From Callorhinchus milii (taxonomy: Eukaryota): a DNA stretch of 64,000 nucleotides. The notes beneath the pieces were generated by a model, which searched no databases, was not told where the DNA came from, and was given only the letters and a program-made list of their open reading frames with translations. The position numbers and the translations under genes were made by a program. Each line of letters opens with the position of its first letter. The stretch's first letter is position 1. Location of the stretch: NCBI RefSeq assembly GCF_018977255.1, contig NW_024704742.1, forward strand, positions 110,486,001-110,550,000, read 5' to 3'. Below are positions 26,554 to 39,182 of the stretch, one piece after another.

Positions 26554-26678
26554 CTGTCACAGCGAGATTGTGATTAGCTCCGCACACTATCTTACAGACA
26601 TTCTCAAGTTCCTCAATCAACCTGGGAACAAAGGTCTCCTCTCTGCTGCCTATCCCAATCTGACCATAGTTATTGGCC
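26554..26678 (-). CDS. Internal coding exon of an RCC1-repeat (beta-propeller) protein gene
   Basis: Polypyrimidine acceptor cccttctttcctttcttttcag and donor ACAG|gtaaat. The 125-nt exon (phase 2 to phase 1) encodes ANNYGQIGIGSREETFVPRLIEELENVCKIVCGANHNLAVT, which matches the RCC1 repeat pattern (G-x-N-x-x-G-Q-L/I-G ... P ... I-x-C-G-x-x-H). Confidence 0.9.
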
Positions 26679-27096
26679 CTGAAAAGAAAGGAAAGAAGGG
26701 AGAGCATTAGCTACCTCAATATAATTTTCAAGTGACAAAGGCGTTATTTTATAATACTCCATGTGACTTAACAGTTTTTACATATTTGGAGGGATAAGGG
26801 AAAGTGTTTCACCATAATTGACATGAAAGGGAAGTCCTGAAACTCACAGCTGGAGCTTTCAAATGATTCAGATGAAAGGAAGATTTAAAAACGAAAAGGT
26901 AAATCAGATTCCAGGCTTCAATCAGCAATGAGAGGCATTAAATAAATACTTTCAGTGATTAGGTGTTATAGTCAGATGATCAGATAATTATAATGGAAGT
27001 TGCCAGTGTGTTAAATAGACAAACTGACCTTTATTAAACAGTACACTCCTTATAGTCTATTTGATATCCATATTTGTGCATAGTTACAATATATAT

Positions 27097-27365
27097 AATA
27101 ATCCTTGCATTTGATATAGTGCCTTATCATGTCTTTGAGACGTCACAAAGCGCTTTACAGAGTCCTGGATTGAGTTACCAATTTTTTTTAAGGGATTATT
27201 ACCCAGGAAAGCAATTCTCAAAATGATTAACAACTGGGTTCTTACTTACTACTAGGAAATCAGTCTTGTGTGGAGTAACGAAACTTGCCTAAGGTTTCAC
27301 CCCGCCCAGGAATCGAACCCAGGTTCTCTCGCTTGTGAGGCAAACTACTAACCTTTATGCTATTC
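27097..27365 (-). mobile_element. tRNA-SINE, long form, internally deleted
   Basis: Tail atccttgcatttgatatag; B box in reverse (ggaatcgaaccc). Confidence 0.85.
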
Positions 27366-28899
27366 TACATAATATTGAACATTGGATACAATGAGAGTAT
27401 TAGCTTAGCTAAAATAAATAAGATAACAATTAAAAATGACTAAGAGAAGAGAGAGAAGGATTCTGTTTCATGTCCTCCAAATAGTCCATTTGTAATTGTG
27501 GGTAAGTTCCATAAATGTTTAAAATTTGGTCCTGTGCCTTTAGAAATAGCTGCAATGCAATTGTAGCTTCTAAATACAGTACACTCCATGATGGAAGTAA
27601 AATCAAATTAGGCAGTTAAAATTACATTACAGTTATTTATAAGCACACCCAGGGACAAATTAGCAAAACATATCGAACAGAGTGGAAAAATGCGTAGCCC
27701 ACATCAATGGAACCACAATGCAGAGTGCATGGAGCAAAACAACCCCCGGATACACTGGTGATGTTACACAAAGCTGTGCTGAGTTCCCATATACTTTGGT
27801 CAGAGGACATGTAAAACACTGTAAGAAAACATCACGGATGCCAAGTTTCAGAAGCTTCCGCATGTGCTTAAGCGACAGTTGCTGCTTGTGTGAGTTGCTA
27901 TGGAAATGTGGAGCAAGGGATTTGTTTGGGCATGCTGGTTATTTCCAAGGAACATGAAAAGCTGCTGTTAGTGACTGTCTTGACGTGTTAGCACGTCCAT
28001 TCATCAGCTGATGTCTTGCATGTCTTCAGCAGTTGAAAAGTAGCATTGGCTTAGAGTCCACACATGTGCTATAAATCCCAACTTCCGAGATGACCTGCAC
28101 TGATTATGGATCTATCACTAAAAGCTCCTATAAAACAACCCTTCTTAATAGCAACTTTCATTTGCCCTATTATCAAAGACATTTTCCAAGGGCTACCTGC
28201 AATAGATATTGGATGAAAGTGTTGATATTTGAAGACATTTTCAATCTGCATGGCACAGATAGTGTGTTTTGCAATTCAAGAATGTTTATAGAAGCTGTTT
28301 CAAGAAGCTGTTTATATAACTTGTGTAGTTTTGCTTGGTTAGTTCTTCCATTTCAGAGTTTAAATAAGTGAATTGTGGAGCTTCTGATATAATAGGACGA
28401 AAACATAGTTTGCAGCCTCTGGAATAGGGAGGAGTGGTCTCTTCTCTCCCTCACACCCTGATATTTCATAGCTTGGGCTCCCACTTAAAGCAAAACAAGT
28501 GTAGAATTATCTTAGCACACTTGTCCCACAGGAAAATACAAAATGAAGCTCCATACAATTACTTTGTTGGAACTTATCAGAATCATATATAAACATGGTT
28601 CAGTATGGTTCAGTATGTGTGTGGCAGATGTTCTCTAAATATACTTTAATGACCCAAGGCATGTATTGTGGACTTGGAAATGAACTTATCTCAAACACAA
28701 GCTTCTTTTATGTACTATAAATTCTCTGGTTAGCTGTTTCTAATGGTTTTGTAACAACTTAAGCTGAGATAATATCACAATATAAACTAGCAATCTGCAT
28801 TTCAGGGATACAATGGCCCTTTTCGACTTTAACCTGCAGGTACAACATTGTAAAGAAGACAGTAATGGAAACAAGTAAAATAATTTGGACAAGCATTCA

Positions 28900-29560
28900 C
28901 ATTGTCAGTTCTTTCTGTAAAAAAACACTGGAAATCTTTTGGATTTTTTTAAATGAATTAACTGAAGACGATTGGCAGTCTGGTGTGAGAGTTAACTGTT
29001 GGAATTATCAGACAATTCAATTTGTTTGCTGCGTTTCTAAACCAGATTTCATAATAAGGAATTTAGATCTCACAATGGAAACTCCTTCCGGTAACTAGAA
29101 ATAAGTTGTACCGATCTGGAGCGGAATTCCCACAGGTCGACAGAAATTTTTAATGAGATTCTGATAAGGAATGCAATTAAGAAATACCATAAATTGGACC
29201 CTAAGGGTGTAGAAAGCAGCGTATTTTGTTGCTAAAATAAATACCCAGTTCAACTTCTGCTGGAATTTGGGACGGAGAGTTGATTCAAAATAAGGTAATG
29301 CTGCAGAGTACATTGAGACTTCCGCTACTGTTTCTGTGAGATGCATATGTTGTAAAACTTCATTAGACAATTGAATTGAATCAACCGATCTGACTGACTG
29401 GGTTAATGTGTGGTAAAAGCTTATGGTGTATTTGGAAAACCAGTGGAACAGATCTGAAGCCAAATAAGTTTCTGAATGGATGGTTGGCTGCAGCATTTGA
29501 GGAACAAAGACAAAAACGCCATTTTACAAGTTCATATAAAATGAACAAGGAATGAGCATA
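28900..29560 (+). mobile_element. Probable highly decayed CR1 LINE fragment
   Basis: Weak CR1 reverse-transcriptase-like remnants such as ctgactgggttaatgtgtgg, with no intact frame. Confidence 0.3.
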
Positions 29561-29677
29561 TTGGTGATTTAGCTTCAATAATGAAAGTGGTTATACATGT
29601 GATTTCTCAGATTACCAATGCAGTTTATAGCTTCTGAAGCAAAATTTCCAAAGCAAACAATACCAGTTCTTTTTGGA

Positions 29678-29875
29678 AACTCAGCTATTCTTAATATGGT
29701 AATAGTGCGTTCGCCTCGCAAACAGAGGACTCAGGTTTGACTCCTGCGCAGGGGAGTCGAACCCTGGTTCTTTGCCTCTGTTTATCTAGCAGTATGTAGG
29801 AACCCGGTTGTTAGTCAATTGGCAGATCACTTCCTGGAGGTAATAAACCCTCCAAATAAAAAAAATGTGGTCACA
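29678..29875 (+). mobile_element. tRNA-SINE 5' part, long form, diverged
   Basis: gcctctgtttatctagcagtatgtaggaacccggttgttagtc. Confidence 0.75.
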
Positions 29876-31461
29876 GTTGTTAATAGTTAACATGAAGAGT
29901 GGATACAAATTTGGGCTATAGTTGGAACAATTAGTAACTTTGTACAATATTTTAATAAACATTTACTCCTGACTAATCGGAAATACAACAGACGTTACTT
30001 AACACTATCAACAACTAGCAGTTAATGTATATGCTAAATTAAGCCGTTTTTAGCATTTGTCAACCCGATTCAGAAATTCTGTTCAAATGGATCCTTTAAT
30101 TCTCAATATCCAATTAAAAAATAAGAGAATGTTTGTGACTTGCACAAAATATCAACCATTTCACTCCTCTGCAGTACAGACTTCTTCTGAAAAGAATTAT
30201 TAAATTAGTATATACAGTAACTTCTAGTTGTTGATGCTGCTATGCAGAGTATTGGCTGTTGTATTTTCAATTAGGCAGGATTAAGTGTTTATTAAAATAT
30301 TGTAAGCAATTGGAAAGGCATTACAGGGATATTTTATAATATTATTTCATTGGGTCTCCGTTTTATGTTGAAAATTCTGTGCATTTAGTTTTTATTTGAA
30401 TTATGTAACAACATAAATTCAGAGACTCTATCTGAATCCTTGGAAGACAGGCATTTTACACATTATAATAGGATGTGCAACCATAGTGAATGTCCCATAA
30501 CATAATGTAGCATCGAATACCGAAAGGTCACGAGCCAAGGTCCAGTAGCTTTATAATAGAAATGGTATCATAACAGAGAACCTTATAATGAGGGTGGAGT
30601 GTAATAGCACATTTTTTCATCTGGCTTTTTTTTGCTGGGGTCACAAAGAGTTCAAGAACTATTGTTGCAGTGACAAGAACATTTGCAGATGTCCATGGAG
30701 TTATTATCCTGCAGATCAGGGTAGTTTGCAGATACCGGTGGACTGTTTCAGTGAGAGTCAGTTTCTTTTGCATTGTGTTTTATGGACTTTGATGAACTGC
30801 ATGCTTCAATTCTACGAGCTGATAAAAGTACCAGTTAATGTTTATTGAGTATATATTTTATATATATTTTACAACCACAAGCCCCATAGTTGACTTTTAT
30901 ACATGTTCATGTAAAATCACGCATGAAAATTCAGTTTTCGTGAACATTCATGAATTATCCATACTCGCTTCAACTGCGTGAGACTGTAATGCTGAGCTGT
31001 GACTCTATTACCATCACATCTTGTTGAAGCTATTGTCTCCCACAATCTTCTCGTTTGAATCAAGAGCGCTCATTAAAACTGCCGTAAGCTTTCAAGCAGC
31101 TTTATTTGTTTGTTTAAATCCAAATAAAATCCGACTGTGGCATAGTGTGGGCTGCTTATATAGCCCACATAGCAATTGCTGATTACACCACACACTGACC
31201 ACAATATTGCCCCTTCTCCCCTTTCTGTACCTGTTGAGTAATGTTACTCTATTGCGCATTTGACTGTTATGTTGTGAAATTAGCATTTAAGTGAAGTGGG
31301 ATTAAAAAAGTCATTTGAAGGCTCCTTTAATGGCCTAATGGCACTAAGTCACATGGATCAGAACATTGCTAGTTGAGTCACCAATTCTGCCCTATTCTTT
31401 TCCCTATATTCACATATAGATCTTAATCGGATCTCAATCCAGGCAAATATTGGGGTGCTTC

Positions 31462-31565
31462 AATTGGCCATGATCCTCTGGTTTAGGGAAGGGAAAAATT
31501 AAGCCAGTAAAAGTTCCTGTTCCTGACCTCTATCTAGTGACCCCTACTGGAAACACCCAGGTGTG
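31462..31565 (+). mobile_element. Remnant of an ancient vertebrate SINE (AmnSINE2/SacSINE-like)
   Basis: gggaaaaattaagcc...gttcctgttcctgacctctatctagtgacccctactggaaa resembles the recalled consensus core; a second copy is at 33700. Confidence 0.55.
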
Positions 31566-31576
31566 CACTGACTCAA

Positions 31577-31822
31577 TATAGGAATATAGGAAAACGGGAG
31601 CAAGAAGAAGCCATTCAGCCCATAACCCTGTTCCACCAGGATTATTAGATGTTGACATACATTGTAATCCCAATGCCCCTTTCTTTCACCAAACCCCTTT
31701 AATACCCAAGTGCTCTTCTTTATCTCTCTTTTAAATTCCCCTAATAATTCTACCTCTACAGCTTTCTGGAATAGAGCATTACACATTTTAAAACTTTTTG
31801 TGTGAAGAAATGCCTCCTGACC
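31577..31822 (-). mobile_element. CR1 LINE 3' end
   Basis: gaagccattcagccc...gtgtgaagaaatgcctcct (RRHFFTQKV on the minus strand). Confidence 0.8.
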
Positions 31823-31824
31823 TC

Positions 31825-32025
31825 AGGGTGGAGGGCAGGGAGAGTAGGAGGGTGGCCGAAGGGTCGAAGAGGAAGGTCTTGAGTCGTGCCTTGAAGGAGG
31901 CAAGTTAGGGAATGAGCTGAAGGGAATGTGGGTTGGAGTTCGAAAGGGTGGGGGTGGAGAGACTGAAGGTGCACCCACCGATGGTGGAGCGTGCCGGGCG
32001 GGGGACATGGAGCAGGCACCTTGCC
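31825..32025 (-). mobile_element. L2 LINE 3' fragment
   Basis: gaggaaggtcttgagtcgtgccttgaaggag...ggagttcgaaagggt. Confidence 0.8.
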
Positions 32026-32159
32026 ATTGATATAGCACCTTATCTCATTGTCAAAATCTCTCAAAGCGCTTCACATAATTGTGGGCAATGACTAATGTAG
32101 TGAATAGTGTCGTGACTGTGTACTTGTAAAATTGTTCCACAGGGACCACCACTACAATA

Positions 32160-32333
32160 ATAATTTGATCACTCAATCCATGACTGTTTGTGGGATACTG
32201 ATGTGTGCAATTGGCTGCCGTGTTTCTTTCACAAAATATACAGTCAATTCACTTTACAGTATATTCTGTGAAGCACTTTGAGACGTCTCAAAGACGTAAT
32301 AAGGCGCTATGTCAAATGCAAGGATTATTATTA
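32160..32333 (+). mobile_element. tRNA-SINE 3' half
   Basis: cactcaatccatgactgtttgtggg...caaatgcaaggattattatta. Confidence 0.85.
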
Positions 32334-32545
32334 CTGTTTGGTATATACATGAATAATTTGGATTCAGGTATTGGAGATGTGGTGTCAAAATTTTGGGGTG
32401 GCATGGTAAATAGTAAAGGGATTTGCAGAAGAATGCAGGAAGACAGAAACAGGCTAGCAGAATGGGCAGACAGATGGCAAATGATGTCTAATGTCTCAAA
32501 ATGCAAAGTAATTCACTTCGGCAGGAAAAATAAGAAGCTATTTAT
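32334..32545 (+). mobile_element. CR1 LINE reverse-transcriptase fragment
   Basis: LFGIYMNNLDSGI...SKF...QEDRNRLAEWADRWQMMSNVSKCKVIHFGRKN. Confidence 0.85.
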
Positions 32546-32554
32546 TGTCTAGAT

Positions 32555-32630
32555 CAGGGTGGTCCAACTTTTTGGCTGCCAAAGGCCAGATGCCCTATTT
32601 CAGAAAGATTTGCGGGCTGCAAAAACAACA
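32555..32630 (+). mobile_element. Probable hAT (Charlie-like) DNA transposon or MITE end
   Basis: cagggtggtccaactttttggc is preceded by gtctagat, an NTCTAGAN-type target. The matching right end is not clearly preserved. Confidence 0.5.
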
Positions 32631-33159
32631 TTTTTGTGTTTCCCTTCCAGAAACACAACATAACATTTACACGGCACCTGTTTCACATCAAAGTGCTTGA
32701 CACTGCCAGCTGGGCTCCCGAGCTGATGATGCAAGCCAAGGGATGTGGGGTGGGGAGGGAATCAGATGACTGAAAGTGCGGTCAAAGAGTTAGGTCTTGA
32801 TGCTCCTTGAAAGCGGAGAGAGGAAGTGAGTTGGAGGGACTCCAGGAATGGAGCTCCAAAGAGTGGGGGCAAAATGGTGGGGCAGATGGGGTGGGGGGGA
32901 CGTGAAACAAGTCAGTGTTTGCTGGACAAAGGGAATGGCCTGTTCAGGAGATCGCAGAAGTAGGATGGGGAGGGGTGGGGATGGGGGCGGCGGAGAAATG
33001 ATGGACGCAGAAGAGTTTCTCACTGGGGAATAGGGGAGTTTGCTGTGAGGAAATGCACGGCACATCACTTGGTGTCTGTCCTCTGTCCTCCTTCCCCCGC
33101 CACCCCGCAGCAGTCGAGAGAGGCTCTGTTCATTTGACCTGACAGTGAACCACAAAACA

Positions 33160-33531
33160 CTGCCCTCATATCTCCTCTCTCTCTGCTCTCTCACTGTCTT
33201 TGTTTCTTTCTCTCCCCCTCACCCTCATGTTCTCTCTCTCTCAATCACTCTCTTCCCTCTCTTTCTCTCACACACACTCTCTCTCAATTACTGCCTGTCA
33301 CTCCCTCTCTACCACCCTCAATTCCACCCTTCTCACACTCTCTCTCTCTCAATTATCCTCTCTCACTACCCCTCTCTCCTCTCTCACACTCTCTCTCAAT
33401 CAGTCTCTCTTCCTCTCTCTCACACATTCTCTATCACTTCCCCCTCTCTCAATCACTCTCTCCCTCCTCTCCGTCACAAACTCTCCCTCCCTCTCTCAAT
33501 TACTCTCTCACTCTCACTCACACACTCTCTC
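33160..33531 (+). repeat. CT-rich low-complexity / degenerate (CT)n tract
   Basis: Visible directly; pyrimidine-rich with recurring ctctctcaatcact units. Confidence 0.9.
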
Positions 33532-33699
33532 GGACTGATTGACAGGTCGAGTGGCCGGTTTCCATCCTGTACATTCTTTGTAAGCAGAAAAAAGGATTTT
33601 GCATATAATCATTTTAGACAATAGCATAACTGAGAAAGATAAGGACAGAATATTTATGTAAATATTTTTTTCACATTTTCTCTTTGCTCCTCGTCTGCC

Positions 33700-33895
33700 C
33701 TCCTCTTGTCGGGGTGCTGGTTGCCCATTGGAACCCTGCCCAAGTGATTATTGTTCATGTATAAGCTTTGGTAGTGAGTGTCACAGCTGAGCCTGACCTC
33801 TCCCCACTCAACTGCCACACAAAAACACAACCAATAGAAGATGCGACACAGGGGCCAGGAGCAGGAACCCTGACTTTCACCTCCCTAACCCTGGT
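33700..33895 (-). mobile_element. Remnant of an ancient vertebrate SINE (AmnSINE2/SacSINE-like)
   Basis: Minus strand reads gggttagggaggtgaaagtcagggttcctgctcctg...ggctcagctgtgacactcact...cacttgggc. Confidence 0.55.
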
Positions 33896-34235
33896 ATATT
33901 CAACTGTGCTGACTTAGACCCAGTGCACCAAGATGCTGCTTTGTGTGAAGGTTGCTATATAAATGCAAGTTAATAATAATGTAATTATCCTTGCATTTGA
34001 TATAGCGCTTTATCATATCGTTGAGACATCTCAAAGTTGTTGCTATTGTTATTAGACGACAAATTCAATGTGGATTAAAATTTTAACCAACAAATTCTTG
34101 GTCTGTAAGTTACAGCTCTGTTCACTACACTACACCATCACAGTTGCCCCTTAGAGAAAATAATGTTTGTGGGAAACCTATAAGGAAGGATGATTTCAGA
34201 AATAATACTTTCAAATCTTAGAAGGAGATACTTCT

Positions 34236-35528
34236 ATGAACGCATTGTTGCAGGTCAACTTCGGTCACACGTCTCCATCCATTTCCTCCTCGAGCCCCTG
34301 CAGTCTGGTTTTCACCCTGCCCACAGCACAGAGACAGTGCTTTTCAAAGTCACAAACAACATCTCTATCTGTGACCAGGGCTCCCGCTGCCTCCTCGTCC
34401 TCCTGGATCTCTCAACCGTGTTTGACACAGTCGATCACTCCATCCTCCACCACCACCTCTCCTCCCTCATCTACCTTAGTGGAACCGCACTCGCATGGTT
34501 CGAGTCCTACTTAACCAACCACTTCCATTTCATCTCGTCAAATGGTTTCTTATCCCGCCCCCACCGGGTCATCTGCGGGATATCCCAGGGCTCCATCCTT
34601 GGCCCTTTTCTTTTCCTTATCTATATGCTCCCTCTTGGTGATATCATCCGCAGACATGGGGTAAATTTCCACATGTATGTGGATGACACACAAATCTACT
34701 TTGCCTCCTCCAGTATTGACTCCAGGTCTGCCGATGTTCTATCAGCTTGTCTGGCAGACATCAAGGCCTGGATGAGTGTAAACTTCTGGCAGCTGAATGT
34801 GGACAAGATAGAAGCCACACTCTTTGGCTCCCATCAATGTCTTCACTCCTGTGGATCTAAACTCCTCAACCTCCCTGGCCTCTCCCTCAGACTCACCGAA
34901 GCAGTGCGCAATCTAGGCATCCGGTCTGACCCCCAGCTGTCCTTCCTCCCCCACATCGGGTCCCTGACCATAACTGCCTTCTTCCACCTCCGCCTCATTG
35001 CCCACCTCTGACCATATCTTACCCCAAATGCAGCAAAAACCCTTGTGCATGCATTTGTCACCTCCTGCTTGGATTACTCAAACACATTCCTTGTCGGTCT
35101 CCCCAGCTCCACTGTTCAAAAGATCAGGTCGTTCAGAACTCCACTGACTCCCCATCACTGAATAGATCAACTTCAAGATCCTCACATTGGTGTTCAAATC
35201 CTTCACCCTCTCCAACCTCCACAATCGCCAATCCACCACCCGGAGCCTCCGCTCAACTGGCACCGCCTCCTGCTAGTCCCTCGCACCCTCCGGGCCACCA
35301 TCGGAGGTTGCGCTTTCAGCCACTAAGCCCCGAAACTCTGGAACACTCTCCTTCGATCCCTCCGCCTTGCCCCCGTTCTCCCCTTTTTCAAGTCCCGCCT
35401 GGAAAACCTTCCCCTTCAACTGTGCTTATGGCCGCCACCCTGCCCCACCCCCGACTCGGAGTCAGGCTCCGCCACTGTTGACGCTACCCTGCATGGAGGG
35501 CGCTATATAAGTGCAAGTTGTTGTTGTT
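34236..35528 (+). mobile_element. 5'-truncated L2 LINE of about 1.3 kb with an open reverse-transcriptase frame to 35011
   Basis: Motifs QSGFHPAHSTET, LLDLSTVFDTVDH, GISQGSILGPFLFLIY and YVDDTQIY. A stop at 35009-35011 is followed by frameshifts and a (TTG)n tail. Confidence 0.95.
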
Positions 35529-36535
35529 CTGTGGGGTGGAGTTGTTCACAAGGTACAATGTTGTCTAAAAGACAATGAATGGAACTTAAAAATAACAGTT
35601 TGGGCTTTTTCTTCTTCATCGTTCTATCTTAACCATCTTTGCCATGCTTATTTTGCTATCTAAAGAGGTACAATTATCAGCATTTCTCGGCCCATTCCTT
35701 TTGATAATTGTTTCAAGGAACACTTTATGAAATGCTGCAAATTTTAGCCCTTTACTGAAATATTTTAAGTTGACATTACAGTTGAGATGATCACTACAGA
35801 TTGTGGTCCAATATTTTTCAATGGAGAAAAAAAAATGCAGAGGAATGTAGCTTTAATTTATCACACTTGTTTCCGAACATACAGTTCCAGTAAAAATCAA
35901 TTTTGAGTAAATAGATTTACTTCTGTCCACTAGAACAAACTGTACCAAATTATTATGTAACTGGGAAACCTACTCCACAGGTCAACAGCTTCACCAACGA
36001 TTGCAATGTTTCTGTGTCATAGCTTTTCAAGTCGATACTGACTACAAGTTTTTAATGCCACACATTCTGTCTCCCTGGAGACAAGCTACCATCAATGGGC
36101 TGGAACAGTTAATGACAAATTTATGCACAAAGGTCGGAAAGGAACCCACAAACCAGAGGAGGATTGCAAGTATTTTGGGGAGATTGGTAGTTTTTTGGGG
36201 GGAACACAAGCAATTTGTCATTTGGTCCAAAACAAACAACTTTTGTTTCATGTTTTGTTGACCTAGAATCAGAGGTGATATCATACTCTAATTTGAGAGG
36301 ACACTATTAGTGAGCAAATCTAATTAATTTATAGGTTACTCCAGTGGGCAGTAGAATATCTTTTCTGCCAATTTGCACAATGAGCAAAATGCCTTACATG
36401 TTCCCAGGTTAACCTGGATCACAGATCCACTTCGAAATGATAGGCAAGGAAAAGAATATAGGTACCATTTGTACAAGGGATATTTACTTGTGAGATTAGT
36501 GGCAGCACTTTAAGCGAGAGTGCATTCTGTCATTT

Positions 36536-36925
36536 CAACAACAACAGATTGCACTTTTATAGCACCCTCCATGCAGGGTAGCGTATCAGAGCGCTTAACA
36601 GTGGCGGAGCCTGACTCTGAGTGGAAGGGTGGGGAGGTGGCTGTAAGCACGGTCGAAGAGGAAGGTTTTCAGGAGGGACTTGAAAAAGGGGAAAGAGAGG
36701 ACAAGGTGGAGGGACTGAGGGAGAGTGATCCAGTGTTTCGGGGCGTAGTGGCTGAAAGCGCGAACTCTGATCGCAGGGCGGAGGGTGCAAGGGACAAGCA
36801 GGAGGCCAGTGCCAGTCGAGCGGAGGTACCGGGTGGTGGATTGGAGAGTGAGGTGGTCGGGGAGGTAGGGAGATGCCAGAGAACAAAGGGATTTGAACAC
36901 AAGTGTGAGGATCTTGAAGTCGATC
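36536..36925 (-). mobile_element. L2 LINE 3' fragment
   Basis: IDFKILTLVFKSL...FKSLLKTFLFDRAY, followed by the tail. Confidence 0.9.
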
Positions 36926-38021
36926 TTTCCAAGCTTTATTAAACATTTACCATTGCAATCCTTACAGTCACGCACAGTAGAACAGTTTTAGTCCCTATGT
37001 AGGCTCTCAATATAAAACAGAGATAAAAAATAGATGCAGTGAAGTGTAGGACTATTCCAATGCTAATTTAGCAAACCCTCCTTACTTACATAAATTAAAT
37101 ATTTGAATGGCTGAGAATTAACGACTATTATTTTTGTTGATATTTTACAAATTACATCGAACGAAGAACTGATTCAATAATCATGTCATGTTATCAATAA
37201 TAATTTATGTGATTCTTATACGTATACTTAAGTTGTGCATTATCATACATGACTGGTAACATCACCATCACAAGAAATGCTATAGTAAGAGCTCCCTTCT
37301 AGAAGCACAGTTTAACAGACTAAACCATAAAGCTTTGTAATGTTTGTTACTCAAGCTTGCTGCCCAATGAGAAAGTCATTCCCACCTTTTCCCTGAGGAA
37401 GTCAACGAGACAAAAACCTTGGGAAATTGCTCATTCTGCCTGTGACACTATGCTGCTTCATTATAAATATTTCTTAAACTTGAAATGGTACTGGACATAA
37501 AAAAACCTGCAAACCTTTATTCTGATACACTGAACAGATCTCTGAAGTTTAGCTGCACATGACTAATGGTATTTCGCTTCCATATTTACAAGAGGTCAAA
37601 CCTTTGTTGTATGTTTTAAAAGAAATGGATTTTTCAAGACAGTTTCCTGACAGACCCCAGAGACACCCGCTTACACAGTTACATGTTGGCTACTTTGCAA
37701 CGTGCATATATAGTCAGAGACAAGATAAGATGCGAGTCGCAGCTGCTCTTTGAAGTCCACCAGACATATTTTAAAATAAAGCAGTCTGTTGGTTTGGAGT
37801 GATAACATAACATACACAAGTAACATTCCTATAAAGAGTGCCTGACCCACAAAAAAAGAACCCCATTTCTGCCTATTTCTGAGACACCAACACACACAGA
37901 AAATAAACTGCTACTAACAACAGAATTCTGGTTTGCTTCGTAAAGTTATGTCCGAGTGGCTTGGTGAGTAAATTCATCATGTTGCTTCTTTCTAAGATAT
38001 ACTAGCACTCCGGGACGCTAG

Positions 38022-38063
38022 CCCGCGTGAAGGGCACTATATAAATGCAAATTGTTGTTGTTG
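38022..38063 (+). mobile_element. Isolated L2 3' stem-loop and tail
   Basis: agcactccgggacgctagcccgcgtgaagggcactatataaatgcaaattgttgttg. Confidence 0.7.
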
Positions 38064-38514
38064 TACTGACAAGCAAGGGCTCAGATTCATTCCCTAGCCT
38101 GTGGTGTATAATAATAATAATGCTTGTATTGGCTGGTATCAGACATGGAGGCACTGTTAGCTTCACAATTGACCGCAGTGTGATTTTTGGGCTGGGGAAA
38201 GGTTCAGTGGCAATGATATGGATTAGTGGTAGATAGTGGGGGAGGGCCATTATATAGTAATAAGGAAGAGCATCTTGGCATTTTCCCATTTTTACTTTGA
38301 AAATGTAGCATTATAAGAGCCAATAGTCCAATAGTGTGATGATCACATTCTATACATACACTGTACATTTATATAGTGCCCTTCACTTCGGGAGGACATC
38401 TCAAAATAGTTCACAGTGCTGGATGGGCAATTCTAGGCTCAAGTGGGATTGAGGGCTAGCTTTCAATTCCCACCAAAGCAGATTCACAAAATGTTAAAGT
38501 ATCACCCCAGATGG

Positions 38515-39172
38515 ACGAGGCCATAACACAAACAGAGTCTTTGGCTTTATGCCAAGAGAAATAGAGTACAACAGTAAGGAAGTAATGTTACATTTATATA
38601 AAATCTTGGCTAAACCACAATTGGAGTATTGTGTTTGTTCTGGTCACTGCGCTACATGAAGGATATTTTAGCAAGGGAAAGAGCAGCGTAGATTTACGAG
38701 GATGTTACTAAGAATGAACTGATATAGCTATCAATAAAGACTGGACAGGTTGCAGCTCTTTTCTCTGGGATGAGACAATTGAGAGAGGTCCTAATTGAGG
38801 TGTTTAACATCATGAAAGTATTCAATAAGGTGTCTATTTTCACTTGTTGGTCAGTTCAATCAAAAGGCTAACAAAATAAGATAGCCACCAGCAGATCTAA
38901 ATGAGTTAACGAAAAACTTCTTTACATGGAGGGCGGTTCCTTGTGATGTCCTCCGGATGTGAAAGTTGCTACATAAATGGATTTGTTGTTGTTGGTGGAG
39001 AGAATGCAGAACTCACTGCCAAAAGCATTAATGCATTTAAGAAGAAACTCAATACATACATGAGGGAGAAGAGAACTAAGGGGCATGGTAGTGGGTAGGG
39101 AGAGTACGTTTATGTGAAGTATCAATACCAGCATGGACTAGATGGACTAAATGGCCTATTTTGGTGCTGTAC
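38515..39172 (+). mobile_element. CR1 LINE 3' portion with a nested L2 tail (about 38930-38993)
   Basis: gaaatagagtacaacagtaaggaagtaatg...ttggagtattgtgt (LEYCV)...gatggactaaatggcct. Confidence 0.82.
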
Positions 39173-39182
39173 AACATGTGTG

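Noticed and set aside
26372..26707. 111-aa ORF taken as a complete single-exon gene
   Set aside because: Only 26554-26678 is exon; the flanks are intron read-through bounded by clear splice signals.
33145..33624. 159-aa and 112-aa Ser/Leu-rich ORFs
   Set aside because: These are artefacts of the CT-rich low-complexity tract.
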